This document shows positions 50,568 to 62,583 of a stretch of 64,000 nt of DNA, piece by piece. The notes under the pieces are model-generated. The model saw nothing but the letters and a program-made list of their open reading frames with translations. It ran no database searches and had not been told where the DNA came from. The DNA is from Felis catus (Eukaryota). Numbering within the stretch: the first letter of the stretch is position 1; each line of letters opens with the position of its first letter. Location: contig NC_058382.1 of assembly GCF_018350175.1 (NCBI RefSeq), positions 56,422,001 to 56,486,000 of the forward strand. The letters run 5' to 3'. The position numbers were made by a program, and so were the translations under genes.

Positions 50568-50999
50568 TGCTTGTCAGGTGGGGCCATTGGAATTAACCAA
50601 CACCAAGGGCCCGTGGGTCCTTGCAGTGGACGCTCAGATTCCAGCGAGAGGGTCCAAATGGCCAAGACTGGGTGACAGAGTGGTAGGGTCCCTTCCCTAA
50701 GGAAAGAAAGAAAAAAAAAAACAACCTCAAGGCAACCTGGTTATAGGTATGTGACAACGTCCCTCATAACCTTGTAACGTGAGTCCACTTAATCAGACTA
50801 CATGTTTATGTGTTACCATATACGTGAGACAAAGAAGTAAAAATATATATAAAAAAAATTATGCCACGTGGCGTTCGGGGCTCAGTTAGTTCTTCCAGTC
50901 GTGGAAGAAGCCAACTGAGTCGTGCCGGCACGAATAAAGTGGCTTCCTGGAAGGAAAAGCCTGTGTCACGACTCTCTGTGTGAGAATCCTGCTGTGACA
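50568..50999 (+). mobile_element. Solo ERV LTR, sense to CDH13
   Basis: TG...CA termini, candidate TSD GGTT/GGTT, TATA-like 50844-50854, AATAAA 50933-50938 in U3-R-U5 order. Confidence 0.75.
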
Positions 51000-51235
51000 G
51001 GTTTACTCCTTCACCTGGGGACGACTGACTGATAGACCCTCAAGGCCATTACGATAGGGCATTTACGATTCACTCACCATCTGAGGGAGTGTGTGTGCCA
51101 GGCAGGCAGACACAGTGACGAAAGGCCAGGTTGTCGAACACCTAGACGGCATTGGGAGGGAAAGAAGTACTCTGCTGAGTCTACACTCTGTGCCAAGCAC
51201 ATGACAGATCTGTGCCCTTCATCCACACAGTAAGC

Positions 51236-51452
51236 CAGTGGGGATCTCAACCGGGGCTGATTGTGCCCTCCAGGGGACAGATTCCCCGTCTGGTCACATT
51301 TTTAGCTGTTGCGACTGGCTTAGGGGTGCTGCTGGCATGTGGGAGGGAGAGGCCAGAGATCCTGCTCAACATTCTCCCATGCAGAGGACAGTCCCCACAC
51401 AGAGAGGCTATCCAGTCCCAAACGTCACTAGTGCTAAAGTCGAGAAAGTCTG
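51236..51452 (+). mobile_element. MER20-like DNA transposon
   Basis: cagtggggatctcaaccgggg...aaagtcgagaaagtctg; 8-bp TSD remnant CAGTAAGC/CAGTACCC. Confidence 0.88.
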
Positions 51453-52878
51453 CAGTACCCCTGGAAGGTGGTGGTTTTCTCGTTTATGGTGTTTGCTCGT
51501 TTATGCATGGCAGAAAGCTAGGTAGCAGTCCTAAGGTTGGGACGCTGACGAATGGCAGAGCCGGAACTCGGACCCAGATCCGTGCGGTTCCAGGACCTGC
51601 TGCCTCCTTTGCCATACCTTTGAAAAACAGCCTCTTGCAGGCGCCTGGCGAGAAAAGGTAGGAGGGGGGAGACGGCTCAAACAGGAATCTTATAACCCTC
51701 GTAACAAATGTGCAAGCTCCCCCTTTGCTAATCAGATTTGTTCTGTTCTATTCTGGAGTCATTCCGACCTACCAGGTTTTAATTTAACGGTAACAGGTGG
51801 AAAGGCTCCGTGGCTGAAGTTACCCGGTACAGCTTTCGCCACGCTTGCACCGTGAGAAGTTACCAAGTGACTAATAGCCACGGAGTTTCCTGAAACGTCC
51901 AGGGGGAAGACCACCACCGGCTCGTTATGTTTTAATATTCAGTCACGTAAATTGAATATAACGGGGTAACAGTAGGCACCCCTGGAGACCTGGGCGGGAG
52001 GCTAAGCCTCCCGCCACCTCCTCTGACTGTAACCTCCCCGGACCACATGGTGGGTAAGAGGCCTACCCTCTCTCTGATTCACCTGCAGCCGAGAGAGTGT
52101 GACGTCTGCACAGCTGTGCTACAACCGGGTGTGCCGGAGACTCCGAGAGCTGGAGGAACCTTTTCCCCGGGCGCTCTCTCCTGAAACGCTCGTCAATAAA
52201 AGTAGCCTGGGTGAAGGCCTTTGGTTTGAAAAGAGGAAATTACGCTTCCTTTCAAATGCCATATGGTCCAGGTGAAGAAGCTAGAGTTTTCCTCGTCCTC
52301 CCGTGAGCCACTGGGAAACGTGAACACGTTTTGCGCGTTAAGAGACCTGGACTTGGTTGGTGCCCCTGGAGAATGTTCCCTGCGGTGCCCCATCTTTACC
52401 TCGGGAAGAGCTGTCCGAATTAAAATAGAAATCTGAGGCAGGAAGAAAGTATAAATAAAGACAAAAAAAAATTCCGTAACTTTCAAGTGGAAAGATTTCC
52501 TAAAAAATTCACGAGATGGGCTAGAGTAAGCAGACTTGGAATAACTCAAAACAAAAAATATCAACAGCTTTTCTTTTGCAGATGTTTCTAAAATATTTGG
52601 GATAGCTTTTGATGATCTGTGTTTTCTATTTTGAAAGCCTTCTCCCATCGTGTTTTATGTTGCCTGCGTGGACTACGCAATTGAGGAAGATTCTTTTCCT
52701 AATGAACAGTCTAAATTCATTAGGCCTAAGTGTAATTATATTTTGAAATAACCAGCTAAAGTGATACCGCGTTGTTTGTCCTAAGAATGACTAAGTGACT
52801 AGTAAGAAATACGGGTACACTCTTTTAAAGTTGAGCTTGGCATACCGTTTGGTATGCGATGGCATTTTATCTTTTTAA

Positions 52879-53079
52879 GGGGTGCCTGGGTGGCTCAGTC
52901 AGTTGAGCGACTGACTTCGGCTCAGGTCACGATCTCAATGTTTGCGGGTTTGAGCCCCCCGTCGGGCTCTGTGCTGTCCGCATGGAGCCTGGAGCCTGCT
53001 TCAGATATTCTCTCTCTATCTCTCTCTCTTTCTGTCTCTCTCTCTCTCTCTCTCTCAAAAATAAATACATGTTAAAAAA
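52879..53079 (+). mobile_element. CanSINE inserted in the tail of an antisense SINE
   Basis: tttttaag repeated at 52872-52879 and 53080-53087. Confidence 0.92.
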
Positions 53080-53190
53080 TTTTTAAGATTTTATTTTTTT
53101 AAGTAGTCTCTATATCTAACATGGGGCTCAAACTCACAACTCAAAGATGGAGAGTCACACGCTCTACCAACTGAGCCAGCCAGGCACCCC
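53080..53190 (-). mobile_element. Short old CanSINE
   Basis: Ends actgagccagccaggcacccc; lacks the (CT)n segment. Confidence 0.88.
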
Positions 53191-53394
53191 ACATTTTGTT
53201 TAATAAATGAATACAGTATCAGAAATACATATAAGTAACTAAGGAGGGAGAAGATAGACGGGCTGAGTATGATTATCCCAGAAAAAAAGGAGCCATGTCT
53301 CTGAAAGAGACATAGCATTCCTTTCTATGAATTCAATGATACAGGTTTTCCATAAGGTCTCATGTAGGAAATAATTACAGAAATCAATATTCCA

Positions 53395-53615
53395 GGGGTA
53401 TCTGGGTGGCTGAGTCGGTTAAATAAAAAACCTGACTCTGGATTTTGGCTCAGGTCACAATCTCACAGCGTGTGGGATCGACCCTCACGTCAGGCTCTGC
53501 ACTGACAGTGTGGAGCCTGTTTGGGATTCTCTCTCCCTCGCTCTCTGCCCCTCCCCCACTCATGTGCAGGCTCTCTCTCTCTCTCTCTCAAAATAAATAA
53601 ATAAACATTTAAAAA
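53395..53615 (+). mobile_element. CanSINE
   Basis: Degenerate TSD aaatcaatattcca / aagtcaactattcca. Confidence 0.92.
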
Positions 53616-55660
53616 CAAAGTCAACTATTCCAACTTTTTGCACACAATATCCTCTTGCTTGAGGTGGTCTTCCAGTTTTTTTCTTCGGCATTTGGAGCAT
53701 TTCCAGTGATCAGTGAGTATGTAACGGTAACCTTTCATTTTGAGATGAGGGTATCGAGAAACAGCATCGCACTGAGCTCAAATCTGCCTTTTGGAAAATA
53801 ATCATTCCCTCCTCGTTCTTCCTACTCGAGAAACACAGAGATCTACGAGCCATTCCACGTGACAGATCCCAGATATTTGAGGACAGATTCTTTGGCCCAT
53901 TCTTCATGGGAAGGGTCCTCCCTCCTTCCTAGCCACCCTTCACTGGATGGTGTGAAAGGGAAAAATAGCCCCTTAAAACGTGATGTTCAGGATATGAGTT
54001 GGCCATAGCATAGGATATTATTAAAATTGAATGCATCAATTAATGGCAAGCGCATAGTCTTTAACAGTCATGTCAGTGTATTCATCCCTGTGTCCCCAGG
54101 CAGTCCCTTTCTAGAAGCTGGCTCCTGGGGAGAGGTCTCCCCTCTCAACACTCCTGGAAGCACCTAAAAGAATAGAAAGGCAGACTCTGCCCTTTACCAA
54201 GCCTCTTAAGTCAAGGCGGGAAGCCCCAAAAAGAGCTTATACAGCAGGTACTAAGCCAGTAGCTCCCATGTGGATGTGCAGGGTCCTTGCACCACAAACT
54301 GGCTGCTTTCACCTCATTTGTAGTAGCTAGCGAGGCCCCTCTCTCCTGGGAGCCTCTCTTTTGCCCCCTCTAAGTGCTTACCGGTGAAGCCTGCTCTTCA
54401 CCCGCCACCCTGGTCTCGAGGGCAGTGTCCCCTCACGATCTTCTGTGACACACAGGCACCTCTGTCCCTCGCTGAGCCTCCAGCCGTTTTCGCTTCTCTA
54501 GCCCTGCTCTGATTACGGCTGCCAGCAGTTGTGATCTTTCTGCCACCTTGTCTGCTCAACTGTCTCCATCCCAGGATTTCCAGCCTCGCTTTCCTCCTCG
54601 GCATCAGGGATTTTGTCGGGGGCGGGGGGGGGGGAGAGCTGGCGAACCCCAAAAGGGCAGCGAGGACCTGCATTCTTTGTTGAAACAATTAGAATGTTGG
54701 AAGCCAGGTACCAGGTAACCCCAGCCCACCTGTTGTAAACAATGAGGGAAAGGTATCATCTCACGAAACAGAGTGTGAAGCTCCTGGGCTGGTGAATGCA
54801 ATACCTCACCAGCACCGAAGAGTGGTTCTTCCCTCCTTTCTGCCTTGCTGTTCTCAGCAGGCAGGATGTTCCTCAGGCTAACTCTCTCCCAGGGTGCGGG
54901 GCAGCTGGACGATGCCACAGGCAGGCATGTCCGCTTCAGGTGAAGGAAGAAACCATCTCTTCCTTTATGTGTGTCCTTGGTCACACTCTCCCAGATGGCC
55001 CCATCCCCAGCACATGCGCCCTCACACCTCATTGGCCAGACTGAGGGAAAAACCCATCACTAGCAAGGGAAATGCCATGACCACGAATGGTAGATGGTTA
55101 GAACCTGTCCCTGAGTTTGGATGGGAACATCTTCCCTGGCCATGTGACCTTGTGGAAAATGGTAGGCACCCACACGTAACTGCACGGAAGGACTTCAGAT
55201 AAGTTGTAAGAGTGTGCCTTGTTTGTGTTTCCTCAACTTCCTTCCTTCCTTCATTACTGTGTTTGCTCCGACATTGAACGGACCATCAGCTTGGCCTCTG
55301 TTCTAGGCATTATGCTGGGCACCAAAACAATCATAATCAAGACATGGCCCCTGTCCATGAGAAGGAGGCAGGACAAAGTCTTTGGAAGGGAGTGCCTCTC
55401 ATCGTTAATCCCACCTCAGTTCACCACAGCCGTGGGACCTTGACCACGTTGCTTCACCTCTCTGAGCCGTGGCTGCCTCACCTGTAGAACGATAAGCAAT
55501 CACATCCCCTGTCAAGGGCTTTGGTGAGGATTATGGTTTGTAGATAGGTAGGTGGAGATGGCCCCACATACACACCCACACAGAGACAGGAACAATGTAA
55601 ACTGTTGATAATAGTAATTGCTATAATAATAATTATAAATATTAAAAGTAACTGCATTGA

Positions 55661-55831
55661 GAGGCACCTGGGTGGTGGCTCAATCACTTAAGTTTCTGAC
55701 TCTCGATTTTAGCTCAGGTCATGATCTCATGGTTCGTGAGACTGAGCCCCACATCGGGCTCTATGCTGACAGGGCAGAACCTCCCTGGGATTCTCTCTCT
55801 CCCTATCTCTCTATGTCCCTCCCCTACTCAT

Positions 55832-55870
<39 letters not shown>

Positions 55871-55912
55871 CTCCCTCTCAAAATAAATGAAAACATAAAA
55901 CACTTAAAAAAA
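55661..55912 (+). mobile_element. CanSINE
   Basis: Degenerate TSD attaaaagtaactgcattga / attaaaacaacttcattga. Confidence 0.92.
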
Positions 55913-57754
55913 TTAAAACAACTTCATTGAAATTTGACTTTAGTAGAATGATGTTGAGGTGTACATGAGCATACGTGTGTGTGCTCATACACGTGTCCTG
56001 TGTACCCTCTACAATATGCAAAAAAGACATGTAGGAAGTCCCCTGGGACCACAAAGAAGAGACCAACTGGACGATAACATTCTATGCATGGGCTGCGCGC
56101 TGCTGATGTGCCCCGCACGTCCTGTTTGTGTTCACAGAAATGCTGTCACCCGTTGGCTCAAGCCTTGATGGGGCCAACACCACAGCTGTCCCTCCAGCCA
56201 AACCAGGACTTGGGACACTCGACATGATGGAGGCTTTTTCTGATTTGCGAGTTCATTTATGTGCTACCAACTACAAAGACATTTCAGGTTGCATTTAATT
56301 ATATATAAACTCTGCATAGAACACTTTTTGGAAAGTATTAATGGCATGAAATGAAATACGGCTTTCAGGTGTATGTGTAGCATCCTGGGCTCAATGATTT
56401 TCCCAGGTGTAGGCATTCCTTCTACACTAAAAAGTCAAAATTGGAACTGAACACAATGCGATTGAGGAACGTGACTCATATTCCATCATCCTCTATTGGG
56501 CATGAAATGGAAGCTGGGCCCGGTCTCTTCAGAAATGAGTGGCTGAGAACACAGCAGAGAGAGGCCTAGAGCTTTGTTTTGCCTGCCTGTCCCATTCTTG
56601 GGTTCTGCCTGGCATTCTTTGGTTCTCGTCATCGGAGGTGAACTTGGCCATAGCTGAATACAAGAACAAGGCCAAAGCAGAAAGACTGGGGGGGTCATCA
56701 AAAAAGCACCAGGTTTGTTTTGTTCCATTCTGAACAGCCAGCTTCCTCAACTTCATCCATCAGTAATCAAATCCACTTGTATCTGTACACGTGCCTTTAT
56801 TGTTGATGTTTTAAACACAAAAACAATGACCTAGTGAGTCCGGAGCTCTCCAGACTCTCCTTTTCTGTTAGGAAAGCAACTGCTTTTCTATCCTGATTTT
56901 CAAAAACACGAGGCTTCTTAAAAATTTAGCTGTTGTATTGTAGCATAACATAATTTACATCATTGCAGAGAACTCACTGGGTGGCATGCCCCTGTGTCAC
57001 AATCCTCCTTCCCGGGACCCCAGAGAATATCTAAAGTGCAAGACAAATCCTGTCACCACAGATTTGTATTCCGACATTTCATCAAGATATTATGTAACGT
57101 ATTATTTCTGTAAGCATGGTAAATAGACCCACTGCGCTTTCTGTCTCAGATATCGATTATCTAGACTGTGCTGGGTCATCCAGTTGGAGATGAAGGGTAC
57201 AAAGATGCGGTCTGGGGAGAGAATTGTATCCATGAATGGTTGCTAGACAGGTATGGGAAGGGCTACAGCAGGGCTCAGACAGGTGGCCTCTCCCCAGCCG
57301 AGGCAGGATTCTGAGCCCACCCCGGTCCCAAAAGTCTATGGAGAAAATATGGAAGTGTGAGTGTCCGGGGGTTCTGGCTTCAGACTGCTCCCACCCCAGA
57401 TCTCCGCTGGTCCCAACTGTCAAATGGGCCAAATCTGCGGAAACCAGGAAGACTCTTGGAACTTTGTGTCGGTATCAGTCAAGGCTCAGTTCAGTTAATC
57501 TCCCGCCACATGCATAGTTTAAATAGAGGGTCTTTCCTTGACAACACAGCATGCTTCTGTGTCTCTACATCTTTTACGAGTCTGTGGAAGGGGTGAAGGA
57601 GAGCATAACTCTCCCGTTTTTAGTAACACCATCTCAGGCTGCGGAATCCTCGAGCCCACCTCAGGCCTTGTGCCAGAATTGATATGTAGTAGGCGACCAC
57701 CCCCAGAAAATCCTCAGTGGGCATCTAACCAAGTAAATGTGGTAGGTTTTAAGA

Positions 57755-57940
57755 ACATGGGGTCTGAAATAAGTTTTGAATTTTAGTTTCGGGTCCCTAA
57801 TTCACTTGCTGTGATGTTGGGGAAATCCCCTAATTTCTCTCTCTCTTTACCTCCTCGTGTATAAAAGGAGCTTGCTGATGGCGCATAACTTCCTGGAGAC
57901 GTTGTAAAGAATAAATATGACAATGTATATAAAGACCACA
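57755..57940 (+). mobile_element. MIR
   Basis: acttgctgtgatgttggggaaat...gttgtaaagaataaatatgacaatgtatataaag. Confidence 0.6.
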
Positions 57941-57958
57941 CGGTAAAACAAAAGGGTT

Positions 57959-58105
57959 GGGGTGCCTGGGTGGCTCAGTCAGTCAAGCGTCCGACTCTTG
58001 ATTTCGGCATCGGATTGAGCCCCGCTTCAGGCTCCCAGCTGACTGCACAGAGCCTGCTTGGGACTCTCTCTCCCTCTGTCTCTGCCCCTCCCCCACTAGC
58101 ATTCC

Positions 58106-58142
<37 letters not shown>

Positions 58143-58154
58143 AAAATAAATAAA
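57959..58154 (+). mobile_element. CanSINE with internal deletion
   Basis: gatttcggc joins atcggattgagccc directly; the tcaggtcatgatctc block is missing. Confidence 0.9.
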
Positions 58155-60677
58155 GTTGTTTCGTTCTCCGGCACTCACTCTTTCCCGTGTAGCCCTCGAT
58201 ACACGACCACCCACTATCCAGGGAAGTTGGGACTGAGAACCGCTCAGTCCCTCTGTCCTTCGGGGATGGTCTGATCTGATTTGTCTTCCCTGCTTCTTTA
58301 CCCCCCCCCCCCCACAAAGCATTTCTATGCTGAGTTAAACAGAATTGATTGAGGCTAGATTTACTCAGTCCTTTGAAATGGTTCTATCATTTCGAATGCA
58401 AGAAAATAATGCACTACGCCTCCTGAGAAATATATCTTCTGCAACATTTTCATTAATCTCTTTATTAAACTAAACTGGTTTCTCTTTGGAAATTAATTAC
58501 TGAAGTAGTATTGAGAATTTTAATTTCCACAATGTACCAGCAAGAGATACTGCTGTTTCTTTATACACTGTTACACAGCAGGGCAATAATCTATTGAAAT
58601 AAGCCCGAAAAGGGGGCAGCTTGTAATTAAAACAGTATAACACAACTACTTAATGACTCCTTTAGTGCTAGGATGGCCCTGTCATGCTGCGTTTGGGTGG
58701 AATAAAATGTATATTTAGGAAGCAGCTCTATGCGGAGAAGCCGACAAGCTCAGGTTTACAGTTGGGGATGTGGCTGTGTTTCACTGCAATGATATGCCCA
58801 AAAGGAAATACGGTTTGTTCGGGGCATCTGAGAATTGAGCCACCCTCATTGTGAAACTTAAAATATTTGAATCACAAAGTAGTAGAGCATGCGTTCTGGA
58901 TGTCAGTATCCATGGGAAAGATGCGTGTGTGAATCCTTGGGCGTGTACGCAGCACCTGTGTGTGGGCGTGAACCCGTGCGTGAAGGCAGGACCTGTGTGT
59001 GTGCGTGAGGGAGCCCATCTATGCAGAATTTTTAGCGCTTAATCATTCCCCCTCCAGTTTAGAGGACGCTTCCTCGTTCCGAAGACACGTTCCTATCGAT
59101 CATCTTCTATCCTCCCAGGCATGTTTTCTCATGATAAGAATTATTTACACCTCATTTACATTTATAGAATTGCCTCTTCTGCTAGTGCCAAAGACATTCT
59201 TAAAGATTCTGTGTTTCCCTCCCCTCCCCCTCCCCTCCTCCTCCCTTCCCCCCTGCTTCTTCTAAGAACAGTAATTTAGGATTACATTTCCCCTTTACCT
59301 GTTCCCTCCTCCACACTTACACTGCCTCGCGGGTCACACCATCTGTAAACTTCCCGCAAACAAAGCCTTTTGATTCAGAGCCAGCTCCAGATCCGGCGAG
59401 ACCAAATTTTTGAAATACGCAAACTAGAATTCCTAACATCAGCAGCACAGCCAGACCGAGGAGCCTGTACTTACTTCCCAGGGGCTCGGGGTGGGCCCTC
59501 TGCAGAAGAGCACAGGGTTCATTCACAGTGGACCAACTCGAGCCCTTGGGGGCTCTAACCCAAGTCACAGAGGGCTGTGTCACCTATGCCGAGGTCTGGG
59601 AGCTGGCTGTGAGCCCTGATGCCCTGTTGCCCCAAGTCATCCGCTTCTCAACCTCGTGGTTTTTCCTCCATTCCCGTGGCACCTTTATTTGATCCTACTT
59701 CTATAGCATCTATGTAAACACCGACTTTATGTGATCCTTACTGTTGGCTGATCACGCGTCATCATCAGCCGTGAAACTCAAAATTTTATCCTTATGCCAT
59801 GCTCGCATACCCCTGAGAGAAAGCGTTTTCTTGTCATCCACATGCATTCACTAGTTTCCTTCAGGGCTGAGTGTTTACTGACCGGTTTTAGAATTCTGCC
59901 AAGGACCAGCATCACGTCATGGACTCATCCTGTCTCTGTTCTTCCTTCTATCTGAAAATCAGGCTAACGTGCAACACTAGTGAGCCTCCTGAAGGCTCCG
60001 AGACGAGATGGAGGAGATGGTGATGCCTCTTTGCTACCTGGCAAACTAAGCCCAAAGATGTAGCAATGAATCAGGGAACCACATATCTGAAACCATACCT
60101 TCAGATGGAAGCTTCTTGCATTATCAAATGAGTCATTTTTTACCTGTGTAGGGGAGAAAAATCAGCTCTTGGCAGGTCAGATCCAAATAGGAGTTGATGG
60201 TTAGAGTAATGGAGGGTTACGGGTATTGATAAGCTTGGGTTGGGCAAGTGGGATTTATAGGGCTATGGGTACATTGACCAGATTAGTGATTTGGTGACAT
60301 TTCAAACTGATATTCCTCAGTAATGCTGAATATTTCTTAAGAAGGAAAGTGTGAGTCCTGCATGTCAGAAAGGAAGGGGAGCGTCTTGTGGTGTCCTGCC
60401 CATTCCTCCCTTGCCTTGAATTATAAACATTCCTTCCACAGTTATGCACCCTGCGCCTACAGGGACCAGACCCTGCTCTATATGCTGGGAATACAGCGAC
60501 AAACACACCATGTCCCTGCCCTCGGGGAGCATACATGGTGCCCCCACTTAAGCAAATAAAATCCTAGAGTTACCTCTTGGAAGGCAGCTCATGGATTGTT
60601 ATCAATGACACATATTTCTTTGAGGACTAAGGTCCCATCCCCAGTAGTTTTTCAAAGAAAATATAGTACAGCTGAAT

Positions 60678-60679
<2 letters not shown>

Positions 60680-60723
<44 letters not shown>
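60680..60723. repeat. (CA)n microsatellite
   Basis: About 22 perfect units. Confidence 0.97.
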
Positions 60724-60728
<5 letters not shown>

Positions 60729-60986
60729 TCCGCACCCTCCCCCCCACCCGATAAAGTCTATGAGCTAAAACGTTTCTCAGCTCATTGTATTTCCAGTGAT
60801 ATTGCAGTAAATCTTTTGGATGAGGGCTCACGTCAGCTCCCAAGCTGGGTTTCTCCTAACCCTGGCTTAATACCTCCACCCATGTTCTTGAATCGGACCT
60901 ACACAGCAGCTCTGCCCACAGTGATGAGGCAAAGTTGATCAAAATTACAGCTGCTGTTTGAACTCCAATCCACAATAATGGGATTC

Positions 60987-61075
60987 TATTATATATATAT
61001 AATAGAATATTTTCTATATATACCATATATATGGTATATATACATTATATATATGTATATATACATTATATATAT
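60987..61075. repeat. Degenerate (TA)n low-complexity tract
   Basis: Includes atatatacattatatatatg twice. Confidence 0.85.
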
Positions 61076-62112
61076 GGATATGGCACCTGGAAGTAATAAT
61101 GAAGAAAAGGAGGACATAATGCATACCCCAGACTATAAAATGCCTGAAATCATAATATTGCTGGTTTCCCAATGAAAATAAGGAAATAATTTATGGAACT
61201 TGCATGGAAAGCAGTGTTATGAGCCACCCTTATTTATAGAAGTCCTTTTATCTCTCCCTGCAATGTCTTTGACCGTAATTGTTCACTTCGCATAGAGAAA
61301 AATTTCACGATAAATCCTATGTGAATATTGACTGTAAATCAATTCCAATAAAAATGCTACTGTCCGATCATCTCTGCCACTGTCATTGGGAGGTAATAAT
61401 TTATATTCAATCTTCTTCAGCTGGATTAATCTCTTCAAACCTAAGTGATCCATATGAAGATCTTGTCACTGCAAATTATTTTTGATATGATTCCTCCCAC
61501 TTATCATAATGATAGTAAATAAACATTTCTGTTGTGCCTTGGAGTTTACAAAGTGTCTTCCCATCCATTATCTCTCTTAATTTTCATAACGATTTTTAGA
61601 TAGTTAATTCATTTGACCCATATTTGAGTGCTTCTTGTTTAATTCATCCCACAGAAATTTATGAAGTACCTCTGTGTGTCAGGCACAGTGCTAATCATTG
61701 GGGATGCAGGGCGGATACAACAAGGTCCCCAGCCTCATCAGTTAGCTCTGACAGCAAAATCCACTTCTGAAATCACCACGTACTTGACTGATCCACGCAC
61801 AGTGGTTGTACCTGAAACTCCCAAGCCCACTCAATACACTGAATTTCCAGTTACAAAAACTATATTCTAGTGAGGGAGACAGATGATACATTTAAGACTT
61901 TACACAAATGTATGACCCAGTAGTGGGGAGCGGTGAGTCCTGTCAAGGGTTGAGAGGTCAAGAGACAAAGATGGACAGGAAAGTGTGAGCTAGAAAGACG
62001 GCCTTTCAGGCAAAGGGAGTATTGGTTCATGCCTCACATACGGTATTGCATTCTGCACTTGGAACTTAATGCCACATGAGTCTTTCTCCGTGTTGTTAAA
62101 ACTTGAATTTTT

Positions 62113-62329
62113 TTTTATTTTTTTTTAACATTTATTTATTTTTGAGACAGAGAGAGACAGAGCATGAATGGGGGAGGGTCAGAGAGAGAGGGAGACACAG
62201 AATCGGAAACAGGCTCCAGGCTCTGAGCGGTCAGTACAGAGCCCGACGCGGGGCTCGAACTCACGGACCGTGAGAGCGCGACCTGAGCCGAAGTCGGACG
62301 CTTAACCGACTGAGCCACCCAGGCGCCCC
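62113..62329 (-). mobile_element. Young CanSINE (tandem copy 1)
   Basis: Flanked by AAAACTTGAATTTTT at 62098-62112 and 62330-62344. Confidence 0.96.
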
Positions 62330-62344
62330 AAAACTTGAATTTTT

Positions 62345-62583
62345 TTTTTTATTTTTTAAACTTTTTTTTTTTTAATTTTTTTTCAACGTTTATTTATTTT
62401 TGGGACAGAGAGACAGAGCATGAACGGGCGAGGGGCAGAGAGAGGGAGACACAGAATCGGAAACAGGCTCCAGGCTCTGAGCCATCAGCCCAGAGCCTGA
62501 CGCGGGGCTCGAACTCACGGACCGCGAGAGCACGACCTGAGCAGAAGTCGGACGCTTAACCGACTGAGCCACCCAGGCGCCCC
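62345..62583 (-). mobile_element. Young CanSINE (tandem copy 2)
   Basis: Flanked by AAAACTTGAATTTTT at 62330-62344 and 62584-62598. Confidence 0.96.

Noticed and set aside
62136..62572. Recurrent MAQSVKRPTSAQV... peptides suggesting a gene family
   Set aside because: Translations of CanSINE bodies.
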